From: Candidatus Saccharimonadota bacterium
GTDB lineage: Archaea > Micrarchaeota > Micrarchaeia > Micrarchaeales > Micrarchaeaceae
Assembly (NCBI GenBank): GCA_963705375.1
Contig: OY970071.1
Coordinates: forward strand, 210,001-242,000
Direction: 5' to 3'
Length of the DNA stretch: 32,000 bases
Under the pieces are notes generated by a model. The model was not told where the DNA came from. It worked only from the letters and a program-made list of their open reading frames with translations, and ran no database searches. Below are positions 1 to 9,403 of the stretch, in pieces. The position numbers and the translations under genes are program-made. Within the stretch, counting starts at the first letter, position 1; the number at the start of each line of letters is the position of its first letter.

Positions 1-1835
1 CAGCATCAGGAACCGGCCTGACTTACCAGTGGTACAATGATAGCACAGGAACACCAGTTGCAATCACATTAGGCGGAACATCGAACACGTTCACTGAAAC
101 AGCGAACGTCGTAGGCACATTCTACTATTATGTAGTGGCCACAGACCAGAACAACGTACAGGCAAGGTCTGCAGATTCCGAAGTGATGGTTTCTGCACTG
201 CCGACAGTCAGCATCTCAGGCACTTCTGCCGCAGACACAGGCCAGACCATAACCCTTACCGCGGCAGCGACAGGCACTGGCCTCACATACCAGTGGTACA
301 ACGACACCAGCACACCAATCCAGATTCATGGAGCAGTATCTAACACATTGACAAAGACCGCAGGTGCGACAGGCACGTTCAAGTACTATGTCATAGTTAC
401 AGATTCTAACAACGAGCAGGCACAATCCGCTGATTCGCAGGTTGTCGTTTCAACGGTGCCAGTGAACAGCGGAGTCGAAGTCTCAGGCACGACCACTGCA
501 GACGTTAGCCAAACCATTACACTCACAGCAACAGCCACAGGCACAGGCTTGACATACCAATGGTACAATGACACGACCAACACGCCAGTTCAGATAGCAG
601 GAGCAACATCCAACGTATTTACTGAAACAGCAAACGCAATTGGAACATTCAACTATTATGTTGTGGTCACAGACCAGAACAACGTACAGGCAAGATCTGC
701 AGATTCCGAAGTGATGGTTTCTGCACTGCCGACAGTCAGCGTCTCAGGCACTTCTGCCGCAGACACAGGCCAGACCATAACCCTTACCGCGGCAGCAACG
801 GGCACTGGACTCACATACCAGTGGTACAACGACACCACAGGAACGCCTGGCCAGATACACGGCGCAGTGTCCAGCACGTTAACAAAGACGGCAGGTGCGA
901 CAGGCACATTCGAATACTACGTTCTGGTCACAGACCTGAACGGCAAGCAGGCACAATCAGCAAATTCACCTGTCACAGTCTCGGCACTGCCGACAGTCAG
1001 CACATCAGGCACGACTTCTGTCGACACAGGCAACATAATAACATTTACAGCAACGGCAACAGGCACTGGTCTGACATACCAGTGGTACAATGACAGTGGA
1101 GAGGCTCCGGCCCAGATCGCTGGTGCAACGTCCAACACATTAACAAGGACTGCTGGCGCTACAGGGGCTTTTGATTATTATGCTGTTGTGACCGACTCCA
1201 ACGGCGAGCACGCACAATCTTCTGATTCTGAGGTCCTGGTATCTCCTGCACCGACAGTAAGCGTTTCCGGCACAACTGCAATTGACACAGGCCAAACCAT
1301 AACGCTCACAGCAACAGCTACTGGCACGGGCCTGACATACCAGTGGTACAATGACACAACAGGAACGCCGATCAGGGTGCGCGGAGCGATATCCAGCACG
1401 CTAACAAGAAGGGCGGGCACAATAGGCACGTTCAAGTACTATGTAATGGTTACAGATCTGAACAACGAGCAGGTGCAGTCTGCAAACGCATCAGTGCTGG
1501 TTTCAGTACTGCCGGCAGTCAGCGCATCAGGCACTGCTGCAGCAGATGCAGGTCAGGCAATAACCCTGACAGCGTCAACAACGGGCGGAACAGGCCCAAT
1601 GTCATACCAGTGGTACAATGACAGCGGGGAAGCACCGGCCCAGATTGCAGGCGCAACATCCAACACGTTCGCTGAAACAGCGAACGTCGTAGGCACATTC
1701 TACTATTATGTAGTGGCTACTGACCACTATGGCAATCACGCACAGTCGTCTCCAGACCTGCAGGTGGTCGTGACACCTTCACCGACAGTAAGCGTTTCGG
1801 GCACATCTTCAGCAGACGTCGGCCAGAGCATAACA
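1..1835 (+). repeat. diverged in-frame tandem array, unit ~264-270 bp (88-90 aa), about 7 copies
   Basis: The YQWYND motif recurs every ~88-90 aa. Mirror antisense ORFs recur at 128, 386, 656, 917 and 1178. Some patches are near-identical at offsets of 528 bp (141 vs 669) and 1581 bp (26 vs 1607). Confidence 0.85.
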
Positions 1836-1868
1836 CTTAACTCATTGCGACAGGGACAGACCCACTAA
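1..1868 (+). CDS. giant cell-surface Ig-like repeat protein, upstream part (5' end outside window; open from base 3)
   Basis: The frame is open from the window start: bases 3-41 read ASGTGLTYQWYND, so the track's ATG at 135 is internal. About 7 diverged 88-90-aa units each carry 'TGTGLTYQWYND...G.F.YYV.VTD', a beta-sandwich/Ig-like strand pattern. The frame ends at TAA 1866-1868, inside a decayed repeat unit. Confidence 0.75.
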   Translation, partial: ASGTGLTYQWYNDSTGTPVAITLGGTSNTFTETANVVGTFYYYVVATDQNNVQARSADSEVMVSALPTVSISGTSAADTGQTITLTAAATGTGLTYQWYNDTSTPIQIHGAVSNTLTKTAGATGTFKYYVIVTDSNNEQAQSADSQVVVSTVPVNSGVEVSGTTTADVSQTITLTATATGTGLTYQWYNDTTNTPVQIAGATSNVFTETANAIGTFNYYVVVTDQNNVQARSADSEVMVSALPTVSVSGTSAADTGQTITLTAAATGTGLTYQWYNDTTGTPGQIHGAVSSTLTKTAGATGTFEYYVLVTDLNGKQAQSANSPVTVSALPTVSTSGTTSVDTGNIITFTATATGTGLTYQWYNDSGEAPAQIAGATSNTLTRTAGATGAFDYYAVVTDSNGEHAQSSDSEVLVSPAPTVSVSGTTAIDTGQTITLTATATGTGLTYQWYNDTTGTPIRVRGAISSTLTRRAGTIGTFKYYVMVTDLNNEQVQSANASVLVSVLPAVSASGTAAADAGQAITLTASTTGGTGPMSYQWYNDSGEAPAQIAGATSNTFAETANVVGTFYYYVVATDHYGNHAQSSPDLQVVVTPSPTVSVSGTSSADVGQSITLNSLRQGQTH

Positions 1869-2105
1869 GATACCAGTGGTACAACGACACAAACGCGATA
1901 CGACATCGAACAACCCAAGCATCAGGAACAGCGAACTTCGTTGAAACCGCAGGCGCAACAGGCACATTCCACTATCAGGCAGTGGTCACTGACTAAACAG
2001 CGAACAGTGTCGATTCGACGCCTGAAAACGTAGTCGTAGTCTCAGAGTGCCAATAATCACAATAACGGCTAACGTGCCATCAGTAGACGTTGGACAGTAC
2101 AATCA
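1836..2105 (+). pseudogene. decayed copy of the 513-bp unit that breaks the giant ORF (7 indels, many substitutions, stops)
   Basis: Hand alignment to the consensus unit (e.g. 2349-2618) gives indels of +2, -1, +1, -1, +1, -1, +1. The net +2 exactly explains the frame change between ORF 1..1868 (frame 3) and ORF 2090..7945 (frame 2). Roughly 10% of positions are substituted. The sequence reads 'gac taa' where the consensus has 'gac gta aac'. Confidence 0.75.
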
Positions 2106-5100
2106 CAATATCGAACACAGTCACATACGGAACGACTCCGTTCACATACACATACTCTGCACAGTCGGGCCTCACAGTCACAGGTAACACGGTGACCACA
2201 TCGACACCGGGCACGTACACACTCACAGAGAACGCGATCGACAGTGTCGGAATACAGGTTCAGTCAAACCAACTCTCACTCACATTCAACGCACTTCCGA
2301 CAGTCTCAGTCACAGGAACGACAGTCGCTGACGTCGGCCAGAGCATAACCCTGAACGCATCCGCGACAGGGATCGGCCTCACATACCAGTGGTACAACGA
2401 CACAAACGCGATATCGACATCGAACAACCCAAGCGCAGGAACCGCGAACTTCGTTGAAACCGCAGGCGCAACAGGAACATTCAACTATCAGGCAGTGGTC
2501 ACTGACGTAAACGGCGAACAGGCAACATCGACGCCTGCGAACGTGGTCGTCGTCTCCAATGTGCCAATAATCACAATAACGGCTAACGTGCCATCAGTAG
2601 ACGTCGGCCAGTACATCGCAATATCGAACACAGTCACATACGGAACGACTCCGTTCACATACACATACTCTGCACAGTCGGGCCTCACAGTCACAGGTAA
2701 CACGGTGACTGCATCGACACCGGGCACGTACACACTCACAGAGAACGCGATCGACAGTGTCGGAATACAGGTTCAGTCAAACCAACTCTCACTCACATTC
2801 AACGCACTTCCGACAGTCTCAGTCACAGGAACGACAGTCGCTGACGTCGGCCAGAGCATAACCCTGAACGCATCCGCGACAGGGATCGGCCTCACATACC
2901 AGTGGTACAACGACACAAACGCGATATCGACATCGAACAACCCAAGCGCAGGAACCGCGAACTTCGTTGAAACCGCAGGCGCAACAGGAACATTCAACTA
3001 TCAGGCAGTGGTCACTGACGTAAACGGCGAACAGGCAACATCGACGCCTGCGAACGTGGTCGTCGTCTCCAATGTGCCAATAATCACAATAACGGCTAAC
3101 GTGCCATCAGTAGACGTCGGCCAGTACATCGCAATATCGAACACAGTCACATACGGAACGACTCCGTTCACATACACATACTCTGCACAGTCGGGCCTCA
3201 CAGTCACAGGTAACACGGTGACTGCATCGACACCGGGCACGTACACACTCACAGAGAACGCGATCGACAGTGTCGGAATACAGGTTCAGTCAAACCAACT
3301 CTCACTCACATTCAACGCACTCCCGACAGTCTCAGTCACAGGAACGACAGTCGCTGACGTCGGCCAGAGCATAACCCTGAACGCATCCGCGACAGGGATC
3401 GGCCTCACATACCAGTGGTACAACGACACAAACGCGATATCGACATCGAACAACCCAAGCGCAGGAACCGCGAACTTCGTTGAAACCGCAGGCGCAACAG
3501 GAACATTCAACTATCAGGCAGTGGTCACTGACGTAAACGGCGAACAGGCAACATCGACGCCTGCGAACGTGGTCGTCGTCTCCAATGTGCCAATAATCAC
3601 AATAACGGCTAACGTGCCATCAGTAGACGTCGGCCAGTACATCGCAATATCGAACACAACCACATACGGAACGACTCCGTTCACATACACATACTCTGCA
3701 CAGTCGGGCCTCACAGTCACAGGTAACACGGTGACCACATCGACACCGGGCACGTACACACTCACAGAGAACGCGATCGACAGTGTCGGAATACAGGTTC
3801 AGTCAAACCAACTCTCACTCACATTCAACGCACTTCCGACAGTCTCAGTCACAGGAACGACAGTCGCTGACGTCGGCCAGAGCATAACCCTGAACGCATC
3901 CGCGACAGGGATCGGCCTCACATACCAGTGGTACAACGACACAAACGCGATATCGACATCGAACAACCCAAGCGCAGGAACCGCGAACTTCGTTGAAACC
4001 GCAGGCGCAACAGGAACATTCAACTATCAGGCAGTGGTCACTGACGTAAACGGCGAACAGGCAACATCGACGCCTGCGAACGTGGTCGTCGTCTCCAATG
4101 TGCCAATAATCACAATAACGGCTAACGTGCCATCAGTAGACGTCGGCCAGTACATCGCAATATCGAACACAGTCACATACGGAACGACTCCGTTCACATA
4201 CACATACTCTGCACAGTCGGGCCTCACAGTCACAGGTAACACGGTGACTGCATCGACACCGGGCACGTACACACTCACAGAGAACGCGATCGACAGTGTC
4301 GGAATACAGGTTCAGTCAAACCAACTCTCACTCACATTCAACGCACTTCCGACAGTCTCAGTCACAGGAACGACAGTCGCTGACGTCGGCCAGAGCATAA
4401 CCCTGAACGCATCCGCGACAGGGATCGGCCTCACATACCAGTGGTACAACGACACAAACGCGATATCGACATCGAACAACCCAAGCGCAGGAACCGCGAA
4501 CTTCGTTGAAACCGCAGGCGCAACAGGAACATTCAACTATCAGGCAGTGGTCACTGACGTAAACGGCGAACAGGCAACATCGACGCCTGCGAACGTGGTC
4601 GTCGTCTCCAATGTGCCAATAATCACAATAACGGCTAACGTGCCATCAGTAGACGTCGGCCAGTACATCGCAATATCGAACACAGTCACATACGGAACGA
4701 CTCCGTTCACATACACATACTCTGCACAGTCGGGCCTCACAGTCACAGGTAACACGGTGACTGCATCGACACCGGGCACGTACACACTCACAGAGAACGC
4801 GATCGACAGTGTCGGAATACAGGTTCAGTCAAACCAACTCTCACTCACATTCAACGCACTTCCGACAGTCTCAGTCACAGGAACGACAGTCGCTGACGTC
4901 GGCCAGAGCATAACCCTGAACGCATCCGCGACAGGGATCGGCCTCACATACCAGTGGTACAACGACACAAACGCGATATCGACATCGAACAACCCAAGCG
5001 CAGGAACCGCGAACTTCGTTGAAACCGCAGGCGCAACAGGAACATTCAACTATCAGGCAGTGGTCACTGACGTAAACGGCGAACAGGCAACATCGACGCC

Positions 5101-7945
5101 TGCGAACGTGGTCGTCGTCTCCAATGTGCCAATAATCACAATAACGGCTAACGTGCCATCAGTAGACGTCGGCCAGTACATCGCAATATCGAACACAGTC
5201 ACATACGGAACGACTCCGTTCACATACACATACTCTGCACAGTCGGGCCTCACAGTCACAGGTAACACGGTGACCACATCGACACCGGGCACGTACACAC
5301 TCACAGAGAACGCGATCGACAGTGTCGGAATACAGGTTCAGTCAAACCAACTCTCACTCACATTCAACGCACTTCCGACAGTCTCAGTCACAGGAACGAC
5401 AGTCGCTGACGTCGGCCAGAGCATAACCCTGAACGCATCCGCGACAGGGATCGGCCTCACATACCAGTGGTACAACGACACAAACGCGATATCGACATCG
5501 AACAACCCAAGCGCAGGAACCGCGAACTTCGTTGAAACCGCAGGCGCAACAGGAACATTCAACTATCAGGCAGTGGTCACTGACGTAAACGGCGAACAGG
5601 CAACATCGACGCCTGCGAACGTGGTCGTCGTCTCCAATGTGCCAATAATCACAATAACGGCTAACGTGCCATCAGTAGACGTCGGCCAGTACATCGCAAT
5701 ATCGAACACAGTCACATACGGAACGACTCCGTTCACATACACATACTCTGCACAGTCGGGCCTCACAGTCACAGGTAACACGGTGACTGCATCGACACCG
5801 GGCACGTACACACTCACAGAGAACGCGATCGACAGTGTCGGAATACAGGTTCAGTCAAACCAACTCTCACTCACATTCAACGCAGTGACACTGACAGTTT
5901 CAGTAACAGGTACAAACTCTGTAGATCAAGGCCAAACTATAACACTAACAGCTTCTGCAATGGGAGGCACTGGATCTTTCAGCTATAAATGGTACAATGA
6001 CAGCACAGGAATGCCAGCGCTCATGTCTGACAGCGGAACCCTGACTGGAACAACGACAAACCAGATCACAGAAACGGCAGGCACACCAAACACAGTGGTA
6101 GACTATTACGTCATAGTTACAGATACAGGCAGCAACACAACGCAATCCACGCCAGACTTCCAGGTAGTGGTTTCAGACCCCTATGCTACAGTGTCAGGCA
6201 CCACTTCCACCTATGTCGGCCAGCAGATAACCCTTTCAGTATCTGCAATAGGATTTGGCACGCTTTCATACCAGTGGTACAATGACACCAATAGCACAGC
6301 AAACGTAATGCCTAACGCAACAGCAAGCACCTTCACGGAAACAGCTGGCGCGATAGGGACCTTCAGCTATTATGTCATAGTGACTGATGCAAACAACGCG
6401 CATACACAATCCACACCGGATTCGCAGGTTGTGGTTTCTGCGGCGCCAGAAGGGAATAACACCACGACGCAATCAACAACCACCACACAAGTGACGACGA
6501 CCACAATACCGCCAGAGCAGGCTCAGGTCACAGTGTCAGGCACAAGCTCTGTACAGATTGGCCAGGAAATAGCACTCACCACTTCTGTAACTGGAGGCAC
6601 TTGGCCGTTCACATACCAGTGGTACAACGACACAACAGGCACTCCTGTCAAGATCGCAGGCGCAACATCCAGCACATTCAATGCAACTACGACAGCTCCG
6701 GGCACGTTTGATTATTATGTTGTGGTGACAGATTCTGCCGAAGAGTCTGCCAAGTCCGTGCCAGACTGGCAGGTCACGGTCTTTTTGACTGGCCAGACTG
6801 TCCCGGTAGAGATTGTGCCTAACACAGTATATGTTGGCGAATCCACGATAGTATCTGCAAACATGATCGGCCTCAGCTTCTCCAATCCGACATACTTGTG
6901 GAATGAAGCAGGCTACTGCCCAGGCGTCCCATATCCTGGAGACGTGCAATCATTCAACTACACCCCAACAGGGACGACTTCAACATGCAGATTCTCGGTT
7001 CTTGTGTTCGATGCATACAAAGATACCGGCTTCAGCACCTCAGGCACACTGACAGCGGTAGATCCACAGACGCAGCAAACGCAGGTATTGCTCAGTAACG
7101 GAAACAGTGCCACCTCTCTAGGAGTGAATGTATCAAGCAACTTCACTGTTCCAGTTTCTGTTATGGGCCAGTTGCTGACCTTCTCCACGAACAACAGCAG
7201 CATGGAGAGCGTTAACGTAACAGTCCAGAACGTCACAACTAACACAACAATAACAAACCCAGGCTATACCGGCGTGGAGGTCCTGAATGTCAGCCCATTA
7301 TCTAACGACATAACTGTGAATGCAAGACTGTACTATTCATGCGGCACAACACCCGTACCTATGCCATTCATATCGAAAGACAATGGCACAACATGGACAG
7401 CGCTAACTCCAACAAGCATAAACTCGGAATCTGCGCCATGCTATGTGGAATTCAACTTCTCCGGCGACCCGATAGTCGGCCTGTTTACCAACTCCGCTTC
7501 ACACGCTACAAGCAACACGGGGAATGGCAATTCTTATGGTTCATTCGCAGCTAGCAGCGGAGGCGCTTGGAGCGGCACCGTGTCTAACCAAACGAACAAT
7601 ACGGCCACTTTGCCAGAAAACAGCAGCACGAGCGCACATTCAAATGCAAGCATCACCAACGAGTCCAACATAACAGCAGAGCCTACCAGAATGGAGTACA
7701 CCGCAACGGCACAGGTAGAAGGATCATCATCAAACGGCACTGATGCATCACAGACTGCAGCAGCACCTACGGCAGAGAATACTGCACAAGGATATTCCTA
7801 TGCAGTGCCGGTGGCATGCGTGGCGATTTCCATCGGAGCGGCTGGTGCAGCAACGGTAGGCATGGCCTGCTGCAACAAGGGAAAAGGGCAGAACAAACGA
7901 AGCAAACCGAGCAGGTCAAAGCCCTCTATCAGGCAACATAAATAA
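2090..7945 (+). CDS. giant cell-surface Ig-like repeat protein, downstream part with C-terminal TM anchor (probably once contiguous with 1..1868)
   Basis: 1951-aa ORF whose only start is a TTG inside repeat sequence, with no N-terminal signal peptide. It contains 7.4 x 171-aa identical units, then 4 diverged YKWYND/YQWYND units, a unique N-x-S/T-rich region, an S/T/N/A stalk, a hydrophobic segment 'AVPVACVAISIGAAGAATVGMACC' and a basic tail 'NKGKGQNKRSKPSRSKPSIRQHK'. Confidence 0.8.
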   Translation: MDSTITISNTVTYGTTPFTYTYSAQSGLTVTGNTVTTSTPGTYTLTENAIDSVGIQVQSNQLSLTFNALPTVSVTGTTVADVGQSITLNASATGIGLTYQWYNDTNAISTSNNPSAGTANFVETAGATGTFNYQAVVTDVNGEQATSTPANVVVVSNVPIITITANVPSVDVGQYIAISNTVTYGTTPFTYTYSAQSGLTVTGNTVTASTPGTYTLTENAIDSVGIQVQSNQLSLTFNALPTVSVTGTTVADVGQSITLNASATGIGLTYQWYNDTNAISTSNNPSAGTANFVETAGATGTFNYQAVVTDVNGEQATSTPANVVVVSNVPIITITANVPSVDVGQYIAISNTVTYGTTPFTYTYSAQSGLTVTGNTVTASTPGTYTLTENAIDSVGIQVQSNQLSLTFNALPTVSVTGTTVADVGQSITLNASATGIGLTYQWYNDTNAISTSNNPSAGTANFVETAGATGTFNYQAVVTDVNGEQATSTPANVVVVSNVPIITITANVPSVDVGQYIAISNTTTYGTTPFTYTYSAQSGLTVTGNTVTTSTPGTYTLTENAIDSVGIQVQSNQLSLTFNALPTVSVTGTTVADVGQSITLNASATGIGLTYQWYNDTNAISTSNNPSAGTANFVETAGATGTFNYQAVVTDVNGEQATSTPANVVVVSNVPIITITANVPSVDVGQYIAISNTVTYGTTPFTYTYSAQSGLTVTGNTVTASTPGTYTLTENAIDSVGIQVQSNQLSLTFNALPTVSVTGTTVADVGQSITLNASATGIGLTYQWYNDTNAISTSNNPSAGTANFVETAGATGTFNYQAVVTDVNGEQATSTPANVVVVSNVPIITITANVPSVDVGQYIAISNTVTYGTTPFTYTYSAQSGLTVTGNTVTASTPGTYTLTENAIDSVGIQVQSNQLSLTFNALPTVSVTGTTVADVGQSITLNASATGIGLTYQWYNDTNAISTSNNPSAGTANFVETAGATGTFNYQAVVTDVNGEQATSTPANVVVVSNVPIITITANVPSVDVGQYIAISNTVTYGTTPFTYTYSAQSGLTVTGNTVTTSTPGTYTLTENAIDSVGIQVQSNQLSLTFNALPTVSVTGTTVADVGQSITLNASATGIGLTYQWYNDTNAISTSNNPSAGTANFVETAGATGTFNYQAVVTDVNGEQATSTPANVVVVSNVPIITITANVPSVDVGQYIAISNTVTYGTTPFTYTYSAQSGLTVTGNTVTASTPGTYTLTENAIDSVGIQVQSNQLSLTFNAVTLTVSVTGTNSVDQGQTITLTASAMGGTGSFSYKWYNDSTGMPALMSDSGTLTGTTTNQITETAGTPNTVVDYYVIVTDTGSNTTQSTPDFQVVVSDPYATVSGTTSTYVGQQITLSVSAIGFGTLSYQWYNDTNSTANVMPNATASTFTETAGAIGTFSYYVIVTDANNAHTQSTPDSQVVVSAAPEGNNTTTQSTTTTQVTTTTIPPEQAQVTVSGTSSVQIGQEIALTTSVTGGTWPFTYQWYNDTTGTPVKIAGATSSTFNATTTAPGTFDYYVVVTDSAEESAKSVPDWQVTVFLTGQTVPVEIVPNTVYVGESTIVSANMIGLSFSNPTYLWNEAGYCPGVPYPGDVQSFNYTPTGTTSTCRFSVLVFDAYKDTGFSTSGTLTAVDPQTQQTQVLLSNGNSATSLGVNVSSNFTVPVSVMGQLLTFSTNNSSMESVNVTVQNVTTNTTITNPGYTGVEVLNVSPLSNDITVNARLYYSCGTTPVPMPFISKDNGTTWTALTPTSINSESAPCYVEFNFSGDPIVGLFTNSASHATSNTGNGNSYGSFAASSGGAWSGTVSNQTNNTATLPENSSTSAHSNASITNESNITAEPTRMEYTATAQVEGSSSNGTDASQTAAAPTAENTAQGYSYAVPVACVAISIGAAGAATVGMACCNKGKGQNKRSKPSRSKPSIRQHK
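2106..5884 (+). repeat. near-perfect tandem repeat, period 513 bp, 7.4 copies, in frame
   Basis: Exact 513-bp spacing of identical antisense ORFs (2260, 2773, 3286, 3799, 4312, 4825, 5338). I found only three variable sites or clusters: 2197-2198 and its homologous positions, 3322, and 3659-3660. Confidence 0.97.
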
Positions 7946-8020
7946 TCTCTGTTCTTATGCATATGCCCGTTTCAGGGTGGTACGAGAAGTGTAGAATTTT
8001 GTCATAAAACACGTGATAGC

Positions 8021-8662
8021 ATGTCATCCAAACACCACAATGTGCCTAAAAATCTCGACGAAGTGAAGGCGTACTTGAAGATAGGCGATAGGCTCGTGCA
8101 CCTTCAGGAATACGAGAAGGCTGGCGAAGCGTACCAAAAAGCGAAGGATCTGTGCCCCAATGCTCAATCGTGGGCCGCGCGCGAAGCAGAATTCAAGCTC
8201 CTCACACTCAATAACAGAAACGCAACGCACACCCCGGAACCTGGTGTGGCCAGGAAGTATGCCGCCATGCAATGGTATGGTATAGGCGAACAATACGTCA
8301 TGCTCAAGGACTATGAAGCTGCATTATCCGCATTCAAGACCGTGACACGGCTGTACACTCCGAACGCAAAGGAGTGGAATGTCAATGCATGGTACTGGAT
8401 TGCTTGCATATGCCATTACAGCCTCGATGACGAGAGCCATCCAGAAAGGCTGGACTACGCGTTCCGTGCGTGCAGGAGGGCAATATCGCGCCTGGATGAA
8501 GACAATGACTACGGTAAAAGCCCAGACGGCCTGAAGCTAATTCAACTAATATTGCAGGAAGAAAGCGCGCTGCTAAAGGCGCAAGGCCTGGACGAAGCAG
8601 CGCAGAAGTTACTCGATAAAGCGGAGGAACTGCGCCTGACGGCCCTAAGAAGGCATGAATGA
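8021..8662 (+). CDS. hypothetical protein, TPR-like helical repeats
   Basis: 213-aa ORF with TPR-like stretches ('GDRLVHLQEYEKAGEAYQKAKDLCPN', 'GEQYVMLKDYEAALSAFKTVTRLYTPN'). No specific family recognised. Confidence 0.5.
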   Translation: MSSKHHNVPKNLDEVKAYLKIGDRLVHLQEYEKAGEAYQKAKDLCPNAQSWAAREAEFKLLTLNNRNATHTPEPGVARKYAAMQWYGIGEQYVMLKDYEAALSAFKTVTRLYTPNAKEWNVNAWYWIACICHYSLDDESHPERLDYAFRACRRAISRLDEDNDYGKSPDGLKLIQLILQEESALLKAQGLDEAAQKLLDKAEELRLTALRRHE

Positions 8663-8775
8663 CGCAACGCCATCGTATATGAAAGTTTTGTGCCACTGTG
8701 TGCTCAAGCCCCACTTCAGATAAAGATGCTGTGCGCTGGGCCAGCATTCTTTCTGAGGAAGGCCTGATTAAGAAT

Positions 8776-9390
8776 TCATGCCTTGACAGGAGCAGCCACT
8801 TTTGCGGCTTCTGTTTGCTGCGGCAGCTTTATCTCAAGCTTCCTGACCTCTATCTTGAAGAGCGGCGCGATGTGCTCCAGCTTATTGCCGAGCTCTGCCT
8901 GGAACTTGCCCTCGACTATTGCGTTCACTATCGTGCTGAAATCGTTGTTCTTGAAGTACTCTGCGACGAAGCCGTTCATCTCCTTTCGAATGCCGAGTAT
9001 CCTGGTGTGCGTCGTCCTCTGCCTTGTAACGGCAAGAAGCTTGACGACCATCTGCGTGCCATCCTTGCTTGATGCAGGCATCACAGAAGCGGCTATGCTC
9101 CTGTATCTTCGCGCAAGCGACCTCACATAGCTGTACAGCTCGAACATCTCGACCATCTGGGTCTTGGCGGTGGTGCCTGTGACCTCCACGGTCCTGAACA
9201 CGACGTTGGTGTATGCGTGCTGGGAATTGTGCGTGATGGTGTCGAGTGCGACGGTTATGTTCCTGCCCATCGCCGCGCTTTCGTCGTTAGCGGGTATCTC
9301 GCCTATGACCACGCTGTTGAAAACGCTGGGCGCGTGAACAGAGAACCACTTCTTGAGCTTCCATTTGTCTATCTTCTTTTGTGCAGGCAT
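8776..9390 (-). CDS. rps3ae: 30S ribosomal protein S3Ae (eS1)
   Basis: The N-terminus 'KKIDKWKLKKWFSVHAPSVF...GRNITV' and the 204-aa length are typical of archaeal S3Ae. It lies 13 nt downstream of rps15. Confidence 0.92.
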   Translation of the reverse strand: MPAQKKIDKWKLKKWFSVHAPSVFNSVVIGEIPANDESAAMGRNITVALDTITHNSQHAYTNVVFRTVEVTGTTAKTQMVEMFELYSYVRSLARRYRSIAASVMPASSKDGTQMVVKLLAVTRQRTTHTRILGIRKEMNGFVAEYFKNNDFSTIVNAIVEGKFQAELGNKLEHIAPLFKIEVRKLEIKLPQQTEAAKVAAPVKA

Positions 9391-9403
9391 TCAAAAACAC
9401 CAA

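Noticed and set aside
128-1435. Minus-strand ORFs of 61-85 aa across the upstream repeat array.
   Set aside because: Same codon-composition artefact, antisense to the open plus-strand frame.
2260-5817. Fourteen minus-strand ORFs (alternating 74 aa and 83 aa) recurring every 513 bp, which look like a repeated antisense gene family.
   Set aside because: They are mirror images of the plus-strand repeat. The sense strand is dominated by ACN/GTN/GCN codons, whose reverse complements rarely form stops. The products are low-complexity V/T/A strings with no independent signal, and the plus frame is one continuous 1951-aa ORF.
2106-5884. A regular repeat array that might be a CRISPR or a non-coding satellite.
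   Set aside because: The 513-bp period is far too long, there is no repeat/spacer alternation, and the array is entirely in frame within a protein with Ig-like motifs.
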